Shown: positions 37,786-49,065, counted from the first letter of the stretch. The stretch: DNA of 64,000 nucleotides from Squalus acanthias (GCA_030390025.1 CM059432.1:19904001-19968000); one strand, 5' to 3'. Numbers and translations: made by a program. The notes: a model not told the origin generated them from the letters alone.

Positions 37786-38367
37786 CTTGAGTGGAGGCAA
37801 AGAATTTGAAATATTTCAGTAAAGATCATACCACGTATTAATGATGTCCTCATAGTGAAGTGGTATACCAGTGTTCCAACGTGCTCGAGCGCAGAATGAA
37901 AGGAAGGGTTCTATTCTGAAGATTTCCTCATCACTGAAGTGCTACACAGTTCAGTGTACACATTGCCTACTATGCCATAAATACACAAAGCCCGAAAAAA
38001 ATGTCTTCTGTATTTTCAGTATCAGTTTTCCCATTCTATAATTGTCATAACACACAGAACACTGGAATACATATTTGAAAATAGACACATACATCAACGT
38101 TTTTCATTTTATACAAACTATTTGCAAAATGTAAAAAAAAAATTACATTTATAATTTTTAAGGGATTTACTGATGAGTGACTGAGAAAAAAAGAGGATGT
38201 ACACATTCTCGTAACGCAGACGACAAATGGGTCCTTCCACTGAATTCTTAAGCTTATTTGCAAACTCAAGGAAATAATTTATTACAACCAGTTCTGATAG
38301 AAGTGAATAAAGGATACATAAAACAACAAAGAATGCAGGAATGGAAAAGTTAGAACACAGATATCAT

Positions 38368-38544
38368 GGGGATATTTTAACTTTGGGCATTAGGGTAAAA
38401 TGGGTGATATTGAATTGGCCACTGATTATACTTGATTTCCTTGCTCACTGAAGTCAATGGGAGGGAAAGTCAGGCAGATGTATAATGAGAGGTCAATTCG
38501 ATATCACCCATTTTACAACTTTATTCAAAGTTAAAATTACCCCC
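38368..38544. mobile_element. Whole-element hairpin MITE (177 bp)
   Basis: GGGGATATTTTAACTTTG / CAAAGTTAAAATTACCCC; GTAAAATGGGTGATATTGAATTG / CAATTCGATATCACCCATTTTAC. Confidence 0.82.
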
Positions 38545-38726
38545 AAGAGTGCAATACGATTGCTAGGATTACCTCGGTTCTGAAGAATCCTAGTTTTACT
38601 AACAGTTACTGGTACACGAGCCACCGCTTGTATTATTGCCATTAGTATCATTGGTAATATTTAGATGAACTTTGACATAGGCGTCGCTGCCATAAGCTTG
38701 AACATGTCAAGGTTCAGTTGTGTTCA

Positions 38727-39186
38727 TGATGTGGATATGCGGGTAAGCGTTCTCCAAGGCGGCCTTCGAAATACACGACAGCGCAAAATCATAGAGCAGA
38801 AACTGATAGCCAAGTTCCGAACTCATGAGGAGGGCCTCAATCGCGATATCGGGTTCATGTCACGATACAGAACGTGACTTGACATCATGGCCGGTCTTCC
38901 CAGGTGTTTTTTTTTAAAAAAGGCTAACACAAGAACCTACACAGATTGACAGGATATGCAGCCAGCAGGTGGTTTGACACGTTGGACCCCCTGGGACACA
39001 TCTCATTGTCTTGGCTATGCTCTTTGATGTGGGAAAGATTTGAATATATTTTGTCTGTGTTTAAATTGTGAATTCTGGGAGATTCTCTCACTGCTAAACT
39101 TAAATGACGAAGGAGCGAACTGCTCCGAAAGCTTGTAAAATTAAATAAATCTGTTGGACTATAACCTGGTGTTGTGCGACTTCTCA
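38727..39186 (+). mobile_element. Penelope-like 3' fragment (GIY-YIG C-terminus plus hammerhead-bearing terminal repeat)
   Basis: 12-bp TSD CAGTTGTGTTCA (38715-38726, 39187-39198); RKIIEQKLIAKFRTHEEGLNRDIGF. Confidence 0.88.
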
Positions 39187-39368
39187 CAGTTGTGTTCAGA
39201 CATAGGATTCACATTTAATTTCTCTTTGCCTATTTAAGGCCACAGCTGAATTACAATTCTTTCTCCAATTTTCTACAATAACTTTTCGGGCCTCAATACG
39301 CTTATGCTTAAGAAACCTGAAGCGGGCCTACCCTCAGGACCCAGGTCTGAGCCGATCCAAAGGGGATG

Positions 39369-40280
39369 TGTTAGAACTTGCTTCTGTATCAGGTGTCCCA
39401 TCATATCTCTAGGCTATTGTCCGATTAGGATCTGCTAATATTGGAGATTAGTCGGGACAATGGAAGTAGCAACTAGCAGACATGGCAACTACATCCCATG
39501 TGAGGTGCGAGTATCAGGTATTGGCCAGAACAATGGAAGCACCCAAGCAGTGTCACATTAACTATCTGGGATAGTTATCGAACTATCTGGGATTGTCTAG
39601 GTCGTCCCGTTCCTTTTGTAATGTTAAGGCAGGATGTCAGGTTACGATAGCAAAATACTGCAGATGCTGGAAATCCGAAATAACAACTGAAAAAGCTGGA
39701 AAAACTCAGCAGGCGAGGCAGCATCCGTGGAGAGAGAAACAGAGTTAACGTTTCAGGTCGAGACCTGAAACGTTAACTCTGTTTCTCTCTCCACGGATGC
39801 TGCCTCGCCTGCTGAGTTTTTCCAGCGTTTTCTGTTGTTATTTAGGATGTCAGGTTAAACTGATTAACAGTTAACCCATCGAGATGGCTATTATGTCAAG
39901 TCTGGAGGTTTGGCAAGAAGGAACCTTGCTTCAATATACATTTTGGGCATCATGTGATACGACTCACATTTAAGGGAGAGGGTACTTTAAGGATGCCTGG
40001 AAGGTTTTTGAACATGCGACAGATGACAAAAGAAAGATATAAAAGAACAGGTAGCATCCTTCTTGTTGTTAGAGCTCACGGGACGGTCGGAAGTCCAACA
40101 CCTACGGAGGCCAAGCTTGATAACCTTGGGTCTGCAGGAAATCAGGTTGGATTGAGTCTATTGTATAACCGTAATAGTTATTATACTATTTGTGTCTGAG
40201 TAATAAACTTGCATTTGGACAATACGCTCGAGCCTGAATCACGAGGAATCATTTAATTGAGTTTAAGAGATTTCCTTCCA
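39369..40280 (+). mobile_element. Candidate solo LTR
   Basis: TG...CA ends; 5-bp flanks GGATG/GGAAG; TATAAAA at ~40038; AATAAA at 40202; short U3-like direct repeats (AACTATCTGGGAT x2). Confidence 0.55.
39645..39843. mobile_element. Fold-back Penelope terminal-repeat insertion (82-bp arms)
   Basis: Arms 39678-39759 and 39762-39843 with 2 mismatches; 14-bp TSD AGGATGTCAGGTTA. Confidence 0.9.
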
Positions 40281-40368
40281 GGAAGTAGTTGAGGAAATTG
40301 AGAGGAGTCCAGGTCAGTCCAATTCAGAGTCAGGAATGTCTTTCAGCAAGATTTAAACGCAGGCTTAC

Positions 40369-40451
40369 CTGGTGCTGACTTGCTTTCGCTAGCTGCTCAT
40401 TAGCTGCATCAACATTTGAAGCTGCCCTCTCGATGTTGGCTTCAATGCTAT
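40369..40451 (-). CDS. TSNARE1: Internal coding exon (83 bp), second half of the SNARE motif
   Basis: Minus strand ...ctttaacttacag|ATAGCATTGAAGCC...CAGCACCAG|gtaagc; phase 1 joins the previous exon to give DSIEANIERAASNVDAANEQLAKASQHQ. Confidence 0.9.
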
Positions 40452-40694
40452 CTGTAAGTTAAAGATTAAGATGGTACAAAAATATGGTGTGATGTACAAT
40501 GCTTCAGAAAAAAGACAGACAACAAGTTGTATAATGACATTGCCTCAAGTTGGAAGATTGCAATCCCAATAAGAAAGCGATGCAGTAAACGAGAGTGATG
40601 AGTGATGGAGGCATGGTTGTTGAGAGTCAGGAATTTCTTCACCTGGTGCTTTTATTTATCGTGAGTAAATAAGATGTTCCATGATACAACCACA

Positions 40695-40960
40695 AAGAAG
40701 GTACAGAAAAGATTCACGAAGGTGATACCAGGGATGAAAAGCTTTCATTATGAGGAGAGACTAAAGAAATTGGGGCTCGTTTCAGTAGAGCCGAGAAGGT
40801 TAAATTAAGATCTGATAGAGGTGTTCAAAATAATGAAGGATTTTGATGAGGTAAATAGGGGAGATTATTTCCACTAGTTAATGAATCAGTCACGGGAACA
40901 TAACTTTTAGAGCAAAGGGAGAGGTCAAGAGATTTTTTTATGCAGATCGTTATCAGAAAG
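40695..40960 (+). mobile_element. Degenerate CR1 RT fragment
   Basis: VQKRFTKVIPGMK...YEERLKKLGL. Confidence 0.75.
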
Positions 40961-42247
40961 GCAGGCAGGCTACTCGCTCAATTACAGGCCTGCCTGAATA
41001 TTGCATCAAGTGGGCCTTGGCCATCAATGGAGTAACCAATGTGCCTCCACCCCACCCAATTTTCGATTCCAGGCCGTACATTTTCTGGCTCAAAATAGAT
41101 GTCCGTGAGCTGAATAACTATTCTTTCTAATAGGGGTGGCAAACGCATCCTGTTTGGTAGGGTACAAAACACTTTGTTGTGCAGCTAACCTATGCTATGC
41201 CTGACCTTGGACTACTTGAGCTCACACTGATTTCTCAGACTGGAAATCTCCAGTCTGCCTCCCCTTGTTAATGACAACAAATATATATTTTTAAAAATCT
41301 CTCTTCATCGGTCTCCTCCTCAGTGGTCTGTATTTATCCTGTTGAATAAGCAAAGGATGGGGCAAACAGACTGTCCCTTGATGACCATCTTCTCCTGTTC
41401 ATTGATGTCACTGTGCTGAGTCTCAGTATTTTCTGTGATTTGGCAAAGACTGAAGAAACACAGACTGTTCTCAATAATATGAGTCAGAAGGAGTGGATAC
41501 ACTTCAAGCAGATACCTCTTGGCTTATGTCATCCTAATATGTCCTCTTATGCTTGTTTACTGAACTGAAGGGATTCTGCATTCCATAAAATAACCATGTA
41601 AATGGAATTATTCGAAAGGAAAAGCTTTTAAAAAATAAAATCCCTAACTGGATGGGAATAAATCTGTGCGTAATTACCATGGATAGCATTTGTCCTCAGA
41701 ATTATACTTTCCTTCAAGCATGAGATAAACAGAATTAGCTGGTTGCTCTTTATCTTGTCTTCTCTAGTTAAATGTCATCTTTGAAGAACAGTGTATGCAG
41801 TTAACTTTGGGTCTTCACTGTTAGTTCAGACTGCGAGTGGAACATATGGACACGAATAGGCCATTCAGTACCTCGAGCTTGTTCCACCATTCAATTAGCT
41901 GATCAATACCTCAACTCCATAGAACCTTTGCTGCATGTCTGTTGCTACCAATGTCCCCACCAAGGTGCGTGGCCATGCGGTAATCTGCAAGGATCTGCGC
42001 AAGCCGCTCACTGGCTTTTCCATTGTAGATACCACGCCTGCGCAGAAATTTAAAGGGACCGTGCATTGAAAGAAACAGGCCGCGCAGATCAAAGTGCAGC
42101 TCGCTCGGTAGCTACCCTTGGCTAACAAAAAATCTATCGATCTTATTTTGTTTCAGGAGAAAAATAACTGATGCCACATCACTTTGTCATAGTGTTGCGC
42201 CTGTCTACCTTTTTTGTTCTTTCATTGACCAATCAGCAAACATTAAT

Positions 42248-42390
42248 ACAAAAACAAAATACTGCGGATGCTAGAAATCTGCAATAAAAACAGATGAAAA
42301 ATCATCGATCTGAAACGTTAACTCTGTTTCTCTCTCCACAGATGCTGCCTGACCTGCTGAGTATTTCCAGCATTTTCTAGTTTTGTTTTA
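42248..42390. mobile_element. Penelope terminal-repeat insertion with an inverted 5' part
   Basis: Degenerate TSD CAGCAAACATTAAT / CAACAAAGATTAAT; GAAACGTTAACT hammerhead 3' half. Confidence 0.75.
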
Positions 42391-42831
42391 CAACAAAGAT
42401 TAATCTTTGTTTCGAAATACTAATTTTACTTCTTTTGAAGTGATTTAGCTGCAAAGCTTAATCAATGTTTAAAATCAAGAAAATCAATGCAGATTTAGGC
42501 CATGCTGTTAAGTGACCAACTTGTGTTTTAAAAATTTTTTTTCAGCCCAATACCAATTTTGCAAGGGAGGGATAGATAATAAATGATTTAACTCCCAAAA
42601 AGTCATATTAATAGCAACCAAACAAAGCGATGTGATCCAGAGATAAAACCCACTCTACTGCACACTGAAATCTAACTCTCTTGCAAACAAGTACATTTGA
42701 TTTTTGATTTAATTTTATGTTCTCAGGATGGTTGCCATAAGGTGGTGGTGGTTGGCCTTTTCCTTGAATTGATGCAGTCCTTGTGGTGATGGTGCTCCCA
42801 CAGCGGTCCTGAAGATGCAAGAGAACATTGT

Positions 42832-42983
42832 AGGTCATTTTTCACCTTCAGCACCTGGACACTAATCTGGTGGAGCAGATCGCCCAACCTTTGTAGAACC
42901 CAAAGGATGAAAATCAAGCAGGTTGTACAACAGGTGGGTGATCCAGATTACCACCCAGGTGGTGAAGGTGAATATTTACCCTC
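42832..42983. mobile_element. Hairpin MITE
   Basis: TTCACCTTCAGCACCTGG / CCAGGTGGTGAAGGTGAA. Confidence 0.65.
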
Positions 42984-43009
42984 ATGTAAATGATTTCTAT
43001 TATTTTTAA

Positions 43010-43230
43010 GATAATTGGCAAAAGAACCAAAGGGGAGATGAGGAGATTTTTTTTTTTTTTACACAGCGAGTTGTTATGATCTGGAATACATTGCCTGAAA
43101 GGGTGGTGGAAGCAGATTCAACCATAACTTTCAAAAGGCATTTGGATATGTACATGAAAAGGAAATTGCAGGGCAATGGGAAAAAAGCAGGGGAGTGGGA
43201 CTAATTGGATAGCTCTTTCAAAGAGCCAGT
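43010..43230 (+). mobile_element. CR1 3' fragment
   Basis: QRVVMIWNTLPERVVEA followed by 3' UTR. Confidence 0.8.
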
Positions 43231-43363
43231 CTGAAGCACAACCAGTGTGTTGGAACATTGGGGTGAGAGAAAACATGCTTCTACTTAAATTAAAATGAAT
43301 TAAAATAAAGCCAGTGGGGGAAGGAAGAGTAATAATTTATTCAAACAGTAGTTTAATACTCAC

Positions 43364-43436
43364 CAATGTTATCCCCCTGTTCATGCACCAGTAATGCTAG
43401 ATCCTTGATAATCTGATTCACATCAAGCATATCTGC
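43364..43436 (-). CDS. TSNARE1: Internal coding exon (73 bp), first half of a Qa-SNARE motif, t-SNARE domain-containing protein 1-like
   Basis: Minus strand ...ttttcttcattttgtccaacag|GCAGATATG...AACATTG|gtgagt; translates ADMLDVNQIIKDLALLVHEQGDNI(D) with the 0-layer Q in HEQG. DVNQIIKDLA fits TSNARE1 better than STX12 (NQIFKDLA) or STX7 (NEIFKDLG), from recalled sequences. Confidence 0.9.
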
Positions 43437-44445
43437 CTGTTGGACAAAATGAAGAAAATCATTAACAGGCAGATTGGGCCAAGTGGGCGGAAACCTACTA
43501 AAAAAAATTAAAAAGCGTCCTGTGGTTAAATCCTGCAGGACGTCCAGGAAACCCATTTGGATATCCTCCCCCTCCGCTCGCTTCACGGCACCAAGCAAAT
43601 ATCGGAGCCCCTGTGTCTTAGCCTTTTGCATTTTGCCACTTTGTTTTCTTGTTGCTTTGAAGCGTTCACCAACCCATTTGCTCATGGTGTAACTCTGCCT
43701 ATTCATTCTTGTGAAGAGCGAATACATATCATGACAAAATTCACATAAATTGAATGTTGCTCACACACTTCAATACACACAAAGTGATGATGCAAGACCT
43801 ACATTCAGAGGCTGCTTGAAAGATTGGCCACCTGCCTACTCATGAATGTCAATCTAAATAGCTTTAATGGCAGGGGACTGATAATGCACTCATTTGGAAG
43901 ACTTGACATTTGGAAATACCAACATCCAACCTTTAGGTATGAGAACAAGCCCAAATTTCAAGGCCTAACAGATGTTAACACTACTAAAATAGTTGTCAAA
44001 CCTTTTAAAGCACTTTTGATAAAGTGCCACAATGCACCGTGCGAGTGAAGTGCTGGAAGAGCCTTGCCATATTTAGGAGAGGTTTCTGAATCTTTGGCAG
44101 ACCTGGGCCTTATAGAAAGTTAAGGGTTGTTGAGGGGAATATAAGCTGCCATTTTAATTCACTAAATTCAACCTGAGCAACAGTAAGGCTGAAACCTGTG
44201 TGCATTTTAGTCCATCAAGAAGCTAGCAGTACTCTGAGTGTGCCGATAATGACACAAGATGGTTGTATTGATTTGTATCCTCATAAAAATGATCCGACCT
44301 ATTATAATTATGCTTCATAGTTACTTCTGCTTAATTTCTAATTCAAAGACAGAGCAATAAATAGCTAATAGCTATAGTTAAAAAGTAGATTTTCTTTCAA
44401 TACTTATGAAAAGTTCATCACTGATTAGAATAGCTCATAATAAGA

Positions 44446-45169
44446 GGGCTAGAAATTCGGGTCTCCACGGGTGAGTACGTGCTGTGTACTCACCCGTAGA
44501 CCCAACAAAAGTGCCGGTTTCGCGCATGCACTGCGCATGCGCTGGAAACCGGAACTTCCGTTCCCCTGAAGGAAGGGGTTCAGAGGTCGAACACGTGCGC
44601 CGGAGAGGCAGCGCGCACGCAGTGAACTTCGGGTTTTTTTCAGGTTTCTCCATGAGGATAAGTACGGAGAAGCTGCGCAGGAAAAAAGGAGGCGCAAGGC
44701 CTGTTTTTAACAAGGTAAGTGGTGAATTAAGTACAATTTAAATATTTTTTCAACAGGTTTATCTTTTTTACACACTTTAAAGAAAGGTAAGTTTATTTTT
44801 AGCACAGTTAAAAAGTGTAATTAATTTTTTCAAAAATTTAAATTTTTGTTTAAAGTAGTTAATTTATGTAATTTATAGTTATTTTAAAAATGTGATTTTT
44901 TAAAAATTTATTTGAAGTTTTAGTGAGGTTTTGGGGCCGATCTCTATTCATAGAATGGAGATTCCCTGCTCCGATTGGCTCTCCATGGCCCACGTGATCC
45001 ATGGGGACGCTTCGAACTAACTGCGTCCCTGGGATACGCAAGCACTGCGCACCGGCAGCTGCAGGAGGCCCAGGAGCCGAATTTCACGCGGGCCCAAAGC
45101 ACAACGGTAGGCGCGTTAGGTAAGTACGCGCGCGATCCTTGCACCCGCGGGAAGCCGAATTTCTGGCCC
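44446..45169. mobile_element. Harbinger-type MITE (724 bp)
   Basis: TIRs GGGCTAGAAATTCGG / CCGAATTTCTGGCCC; TSD AGA/AGA; CpG-rich arms. Confidence 0.9.
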
Positions 45170-45705
45170 AGAGATTCTTTTTCCACAGAAGCATATTAAA
45201 TTGAATCCACTGCTATGATGAAAGGACATCTGAATGGTGAATACCATTCCTGAAGTAACAGAACAAAGTATTTTCCATCATGTTAATAAAGATAATTTCC
45301 ATGATTTTTTCATAACATTAAGCTAATAATTACATTATTTATTTTTCTCCCAACAGAATTCAAAGGAAACATATCCTTCCATGCTTTTTCAGTTGAAGTC
45401 TTACAGGATTACTGTATGCAAATAATTTACACTTATATAGTGCTTTTCATATAGTGATCATCCCAAGGAGACATTTAGAGGATGTTGGAGACGTTGAGTA
45501 GGAAGTGGGACAGATGCAATAGAAAGTGACTGACAACATAGTTGAAGGAGTTGACTTTGAGGAGGTTGTTCAAGGTAGAGACAGAGGTGGCAAGGGAAGA
45601 GGGCTTTGGAAGAGAGCTCCAGAGTGCAGAGGCATTGCTCCACAGTAAATTGAAAATCTTACTCCTTCGTCTTCCCACCCATCCATTAATTATCCAGATA
45701 TCTTA

Positions 45706-46652
45706 AAAACAAAAGAACAAGGAGCAGGAGTAGGTCATACGGCCCCTAGAGCCTGCTCCGCCATTCAATAAGATCATGGTTGATCTTCAACCTCTTCCAC
45801 TTTCCAGCCCGATCTCCATATCCCTCGATTTCCCTAGAGTCCAAAAATCTATCTAGCTCAGCCTTATATATACTCAACGACTCAGCATCCACAGCCATTT
45901 GGGGTAGCGAATTCCAAATATTCACAACCCGCTGAGTGAAGAAATTCCTCCTCATCTCAGTCCTAAATGGCCGACCCCTTATCCTAAGACAATGCCCCCT
46001 CTGGATTCAATTGAATATGCTTCTGTGGAAAAAGAATCTCTGTTATTATGAGCTATTCTAATCAGTGATGAACTTTTCATATGTATTGATCAGTTCTAGA
46101 CTCTCCAGCCAGGAGAAACAACTCCTCAGTATATACCCTGTCAAGCCCACTCAGAATCTTACATGTTTCACTGAGATCACCCCTCATTCTTCTAAACTCT
46201 AGAGAGTATAGGCCCAATCTACTCAATCTCTCCTCATAGGACAACCCTCTCATCCTAGGGATCAATCTAGTGAACCTTCATTGTACCGCATCTACGGCAA
46301 GTATATCCTTCCTCAGATAAGGAGACCAAAACTGTGCACAGTACTCCAGGTGTGATCTCTCAGAAGCCCTGTACAATTGTAGCAAAACTTCCTTACTCTT
46401 GTACTCCAATAAAGGCCCTTGCAATAAAGGCAAAAATGCTATTTGCCTTCCTAATTGCTTGTTGTACCTGCATGCTATCTCTCTGTTTCCTGTACGAGAA
46501 CACCTAAATCTCTCTGAACACCAAAATTTAATAGTTTCTCACTATTTAAAAAATATTTTGCTTTCCTATCCTTCCTACCAAAGTGAATAACCTCACATTT
46601 CCCCACTTTATACTCCATCTGCCACCTTATTGCCCACTCACTTAACATGTCT
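45706..46652 (-). mobile_element. CR1 LINE 3' part (upstream part at 48017-49065)
   Basis: LSEWAIRWQMEY, LGLYSLEFRRMRGDL and WNSLP. Confidence 0.9.
46001..46091 (-). repeat. Inverted templated copy of the unique sequence 44397-44445 plus 45170-45209 (MITE empty site)
   Basis: Direct manual alignment: 2 substitutions and a 2-bp indel; interrupts CR1 CCCCCT|AGTTCT. Confidence 0.92.
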
Positions 46653-46789
46653 GATGTAAGAAAACTACTAGGCACTTGGTCTAAGCGTTAAACAAAGCTT
46701 TAATCAACTGTTTTACAACATGGAGGTCCAGTTGTGTCCTTGACTAGTTCCTGTTAAGAATGTCCCACGCAAGCTGGGCCCGTGCCCGA

Positions 46790-48016
46790 GTATTTTTGAA
46801 GAGGTAACAGGGGGAGTAGACAAGGGTAATGCAGTAGATGTAATTTATCTAGATTTTCAAAAGGCCTTTGATAAGGTACCACATAATAGACTAATGAATA
46901 AGGTCAGAGAATGCGGAGTCAGGGGACAAGTAGCAGAATGGATAGCTAGCTGGGCACAAGACAGAAAGCAGAGAGTAGGGGTAAAGGGTAGCTATTTACA
47001 GTGGTAGAGGGTGGGAAGTGATGTTCCACAAGGATCAGTGCTGGGATCACTGTTGTTCACAATTTATATTAACGATTTAGACTTTGGAATCAAAAACACA
47101 ATTTCTAAATTTGCGGATGTCACCAAATTTGGGGGGGATAGTCAATACTGAGGAGGACTGCATCAAATTACAAGAAGACATTGCAGAATGGGCATATAAT
47201 TGGTAAATGAAATTCAACACACCAAAATGTAATGCCTCACATTTATCTAAGAAAAATAGGAGGTCACTTATTACTTGGAAAATAAGAATCTAAATGGGAT
47301 AGAGGAGCAAAGGAATCTCAGAGTACAAATATACAAATCACTAAAAGTAGCGACACAGGTTAACAAGGCCATAAAAAAGCAAACCAAGCACTAGGGTTTA
47401 TTTCTAGAGGGATAGAATTGAAAAGTAGAGAAGTTATGCTAAACTTGTATCAAACCTTGGTTAGACCACACTTGGAATACTGTGTACTAATTCTGGTCGC
47501 CATATTATAAAAAGGATATAGAGGCACTGGAGAGGGTGCAGCGAAAATTTACAAGGATGATACCAGAAATGCTAGGGTGTACCTATCAGGAAAGAATTAA
47601 CAGGCTGGGTCTCTTTTCTCTTGAAAAGAGAAGGCTGAGGGGTGACCTAATAGAGGTCTTTAAAATCATGAAAGGTTTGGATAGAGTAGATACAGAGAGA
47701 GCGTTTCCACTTGTTGGGAACAGCAAAACTAGAGGCCATCAATATAAGATAGTCACCAAGAAATTAAATAGGGAATTCAGAAGAAATTTCTTTACCCAGA
47801 GAGTGGTGAGAATGTGGAACTCACTACCACAGGAAGTGGTTGAAGCAAATAGTATAGATGCTTTTAAGGGACGGTTAGATAAGCATATGAGAGAGAAGGG
47901 ATAGAGAGTTACGCTGATAGAGTTAGATGAAGAAAGACAGGAGGAGGCTTGAGTGGAGCATAAACGCTGGCATGGACTGGTTGGGCTGACTGGCCTGTTT
48001 CTGTGCTGGATATCCT
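46790..48016 (+). mobile_element. 5'-truncated CR1 inserted head-on into another CR1
   Basis: FEEVT, YLDFQKAFD and WNSLP; same subfamily as 8352-9590. Confidence 0.92.
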
Positions 48017-49065
48017 ACATAAAACCATGTTGACTCTGCCTAACCATATTATGATTTTCTAAATGCCCTGTTACCACTTCCTTAATAATGGATTGCAGCA
48101 TTTTGCCAACATCTGATATCAGGTTAACTGGCCTGTAGTTCCCTGTTTTCTTTCTCCCGCCTTTCTTGAATAGAGGGGTTACATTTGCTACCTTGCAATC
48201 CACTGGGACTTGCTAGAATCTAGGGAATTTTGGAAGATCACAACCAATGCATCCACTGTCTCTGCAGCCACCTCTTTTAGACCCCTAGGATGTAGGGCAT
48301 CAGGTCCTGGGGATTTTTTAGCTTTTATTCTCAAACTTAGTTTCTCAAGTAGTTTTTCTCCACTGATCTTAATTACTTTAAGTTCTTCATTCTCAATAGC
48401 CCCTTGGTTCCCCACTTTTGTTTTGCTGTTTGTGTCTTCTACTGTGAAGACAGATACAAAATATTTGTTTAAAGTCTCTGCCATTTCCTTATTCCCCATT
48501 ATAATTTCAGCCTCGAAGGGACCAATGCTTCCTTTTGCTACACTCTTTTTTACGTACTTGTAGAAGCTCTTACAATCTGTTTTTATATTTCTTGCTAGTT
48601 TACTCTCATTCTATTTTCTCCCTTTTTATCAATTTTGTGGTCATCCTTTGCTGGTTTCTAAAGCTCTCCCAATCCTCAGGCTTACTACTATTCTTCACAG
48701 CATTATAAGCCACTTCTTTCAATCGAATACTATCCTTAATATCTTTAGTTAGCCACGGATGAATCACTTTTCCCGTGGAGTTTTTATTTCTCAATGGAAT
48801 GTATATTCATTGAGAAATGTGGAATATTTCTTTAAATGTTTGCTACTGTCATACCTTTTAATCTAATTTACCAATCTACCTTAGCCAACTTGCCCCTCAT
48901 ACCAATGTAATTGGTTTATTTAAGTTTAAGATTCTGGTTTTGGACTTAATTATTTCACTCGCAAACTCAATGTGAAATTCTATCATATTATGATCACTCT
49001 TCACCAGAGGATCCTTTATTATGAGATTACTAATTAGCCCTGTCTCATTACACAATACAAGATCT
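48017..49065 (-). mobile_element. CR1 ORF2 middle fragment
   Basis: SDHNMIEF, PWLTKDIK, KSPGPD, NYRPVNL and SQHGFM. Confidence 0.9.

Noticed and set aside
1..40368. Terminal transmembrane-domain exon of the SNARE gene
   Set aside because: I scanned the unique stretches (e.g. 5200-5260, 13860-13920, 17020-17160, 22930-23030) and found no convincing spliced hydrophobic exon. It probably lies outside the window, though I could have missed it.
40369..43436. Assignment to STX12 or STX7
   Set aside because: NQIIKDLA and ANEQLAKASQHQ fit recalled TSNARE1 sequences better; not confirmed by search.
43353..43727. 124-aa ORF as a single-exon gene
   Set aside because: Only 43364-43436 is SNARE-like and it is bounded by splice sites; the rest is intron read-through.
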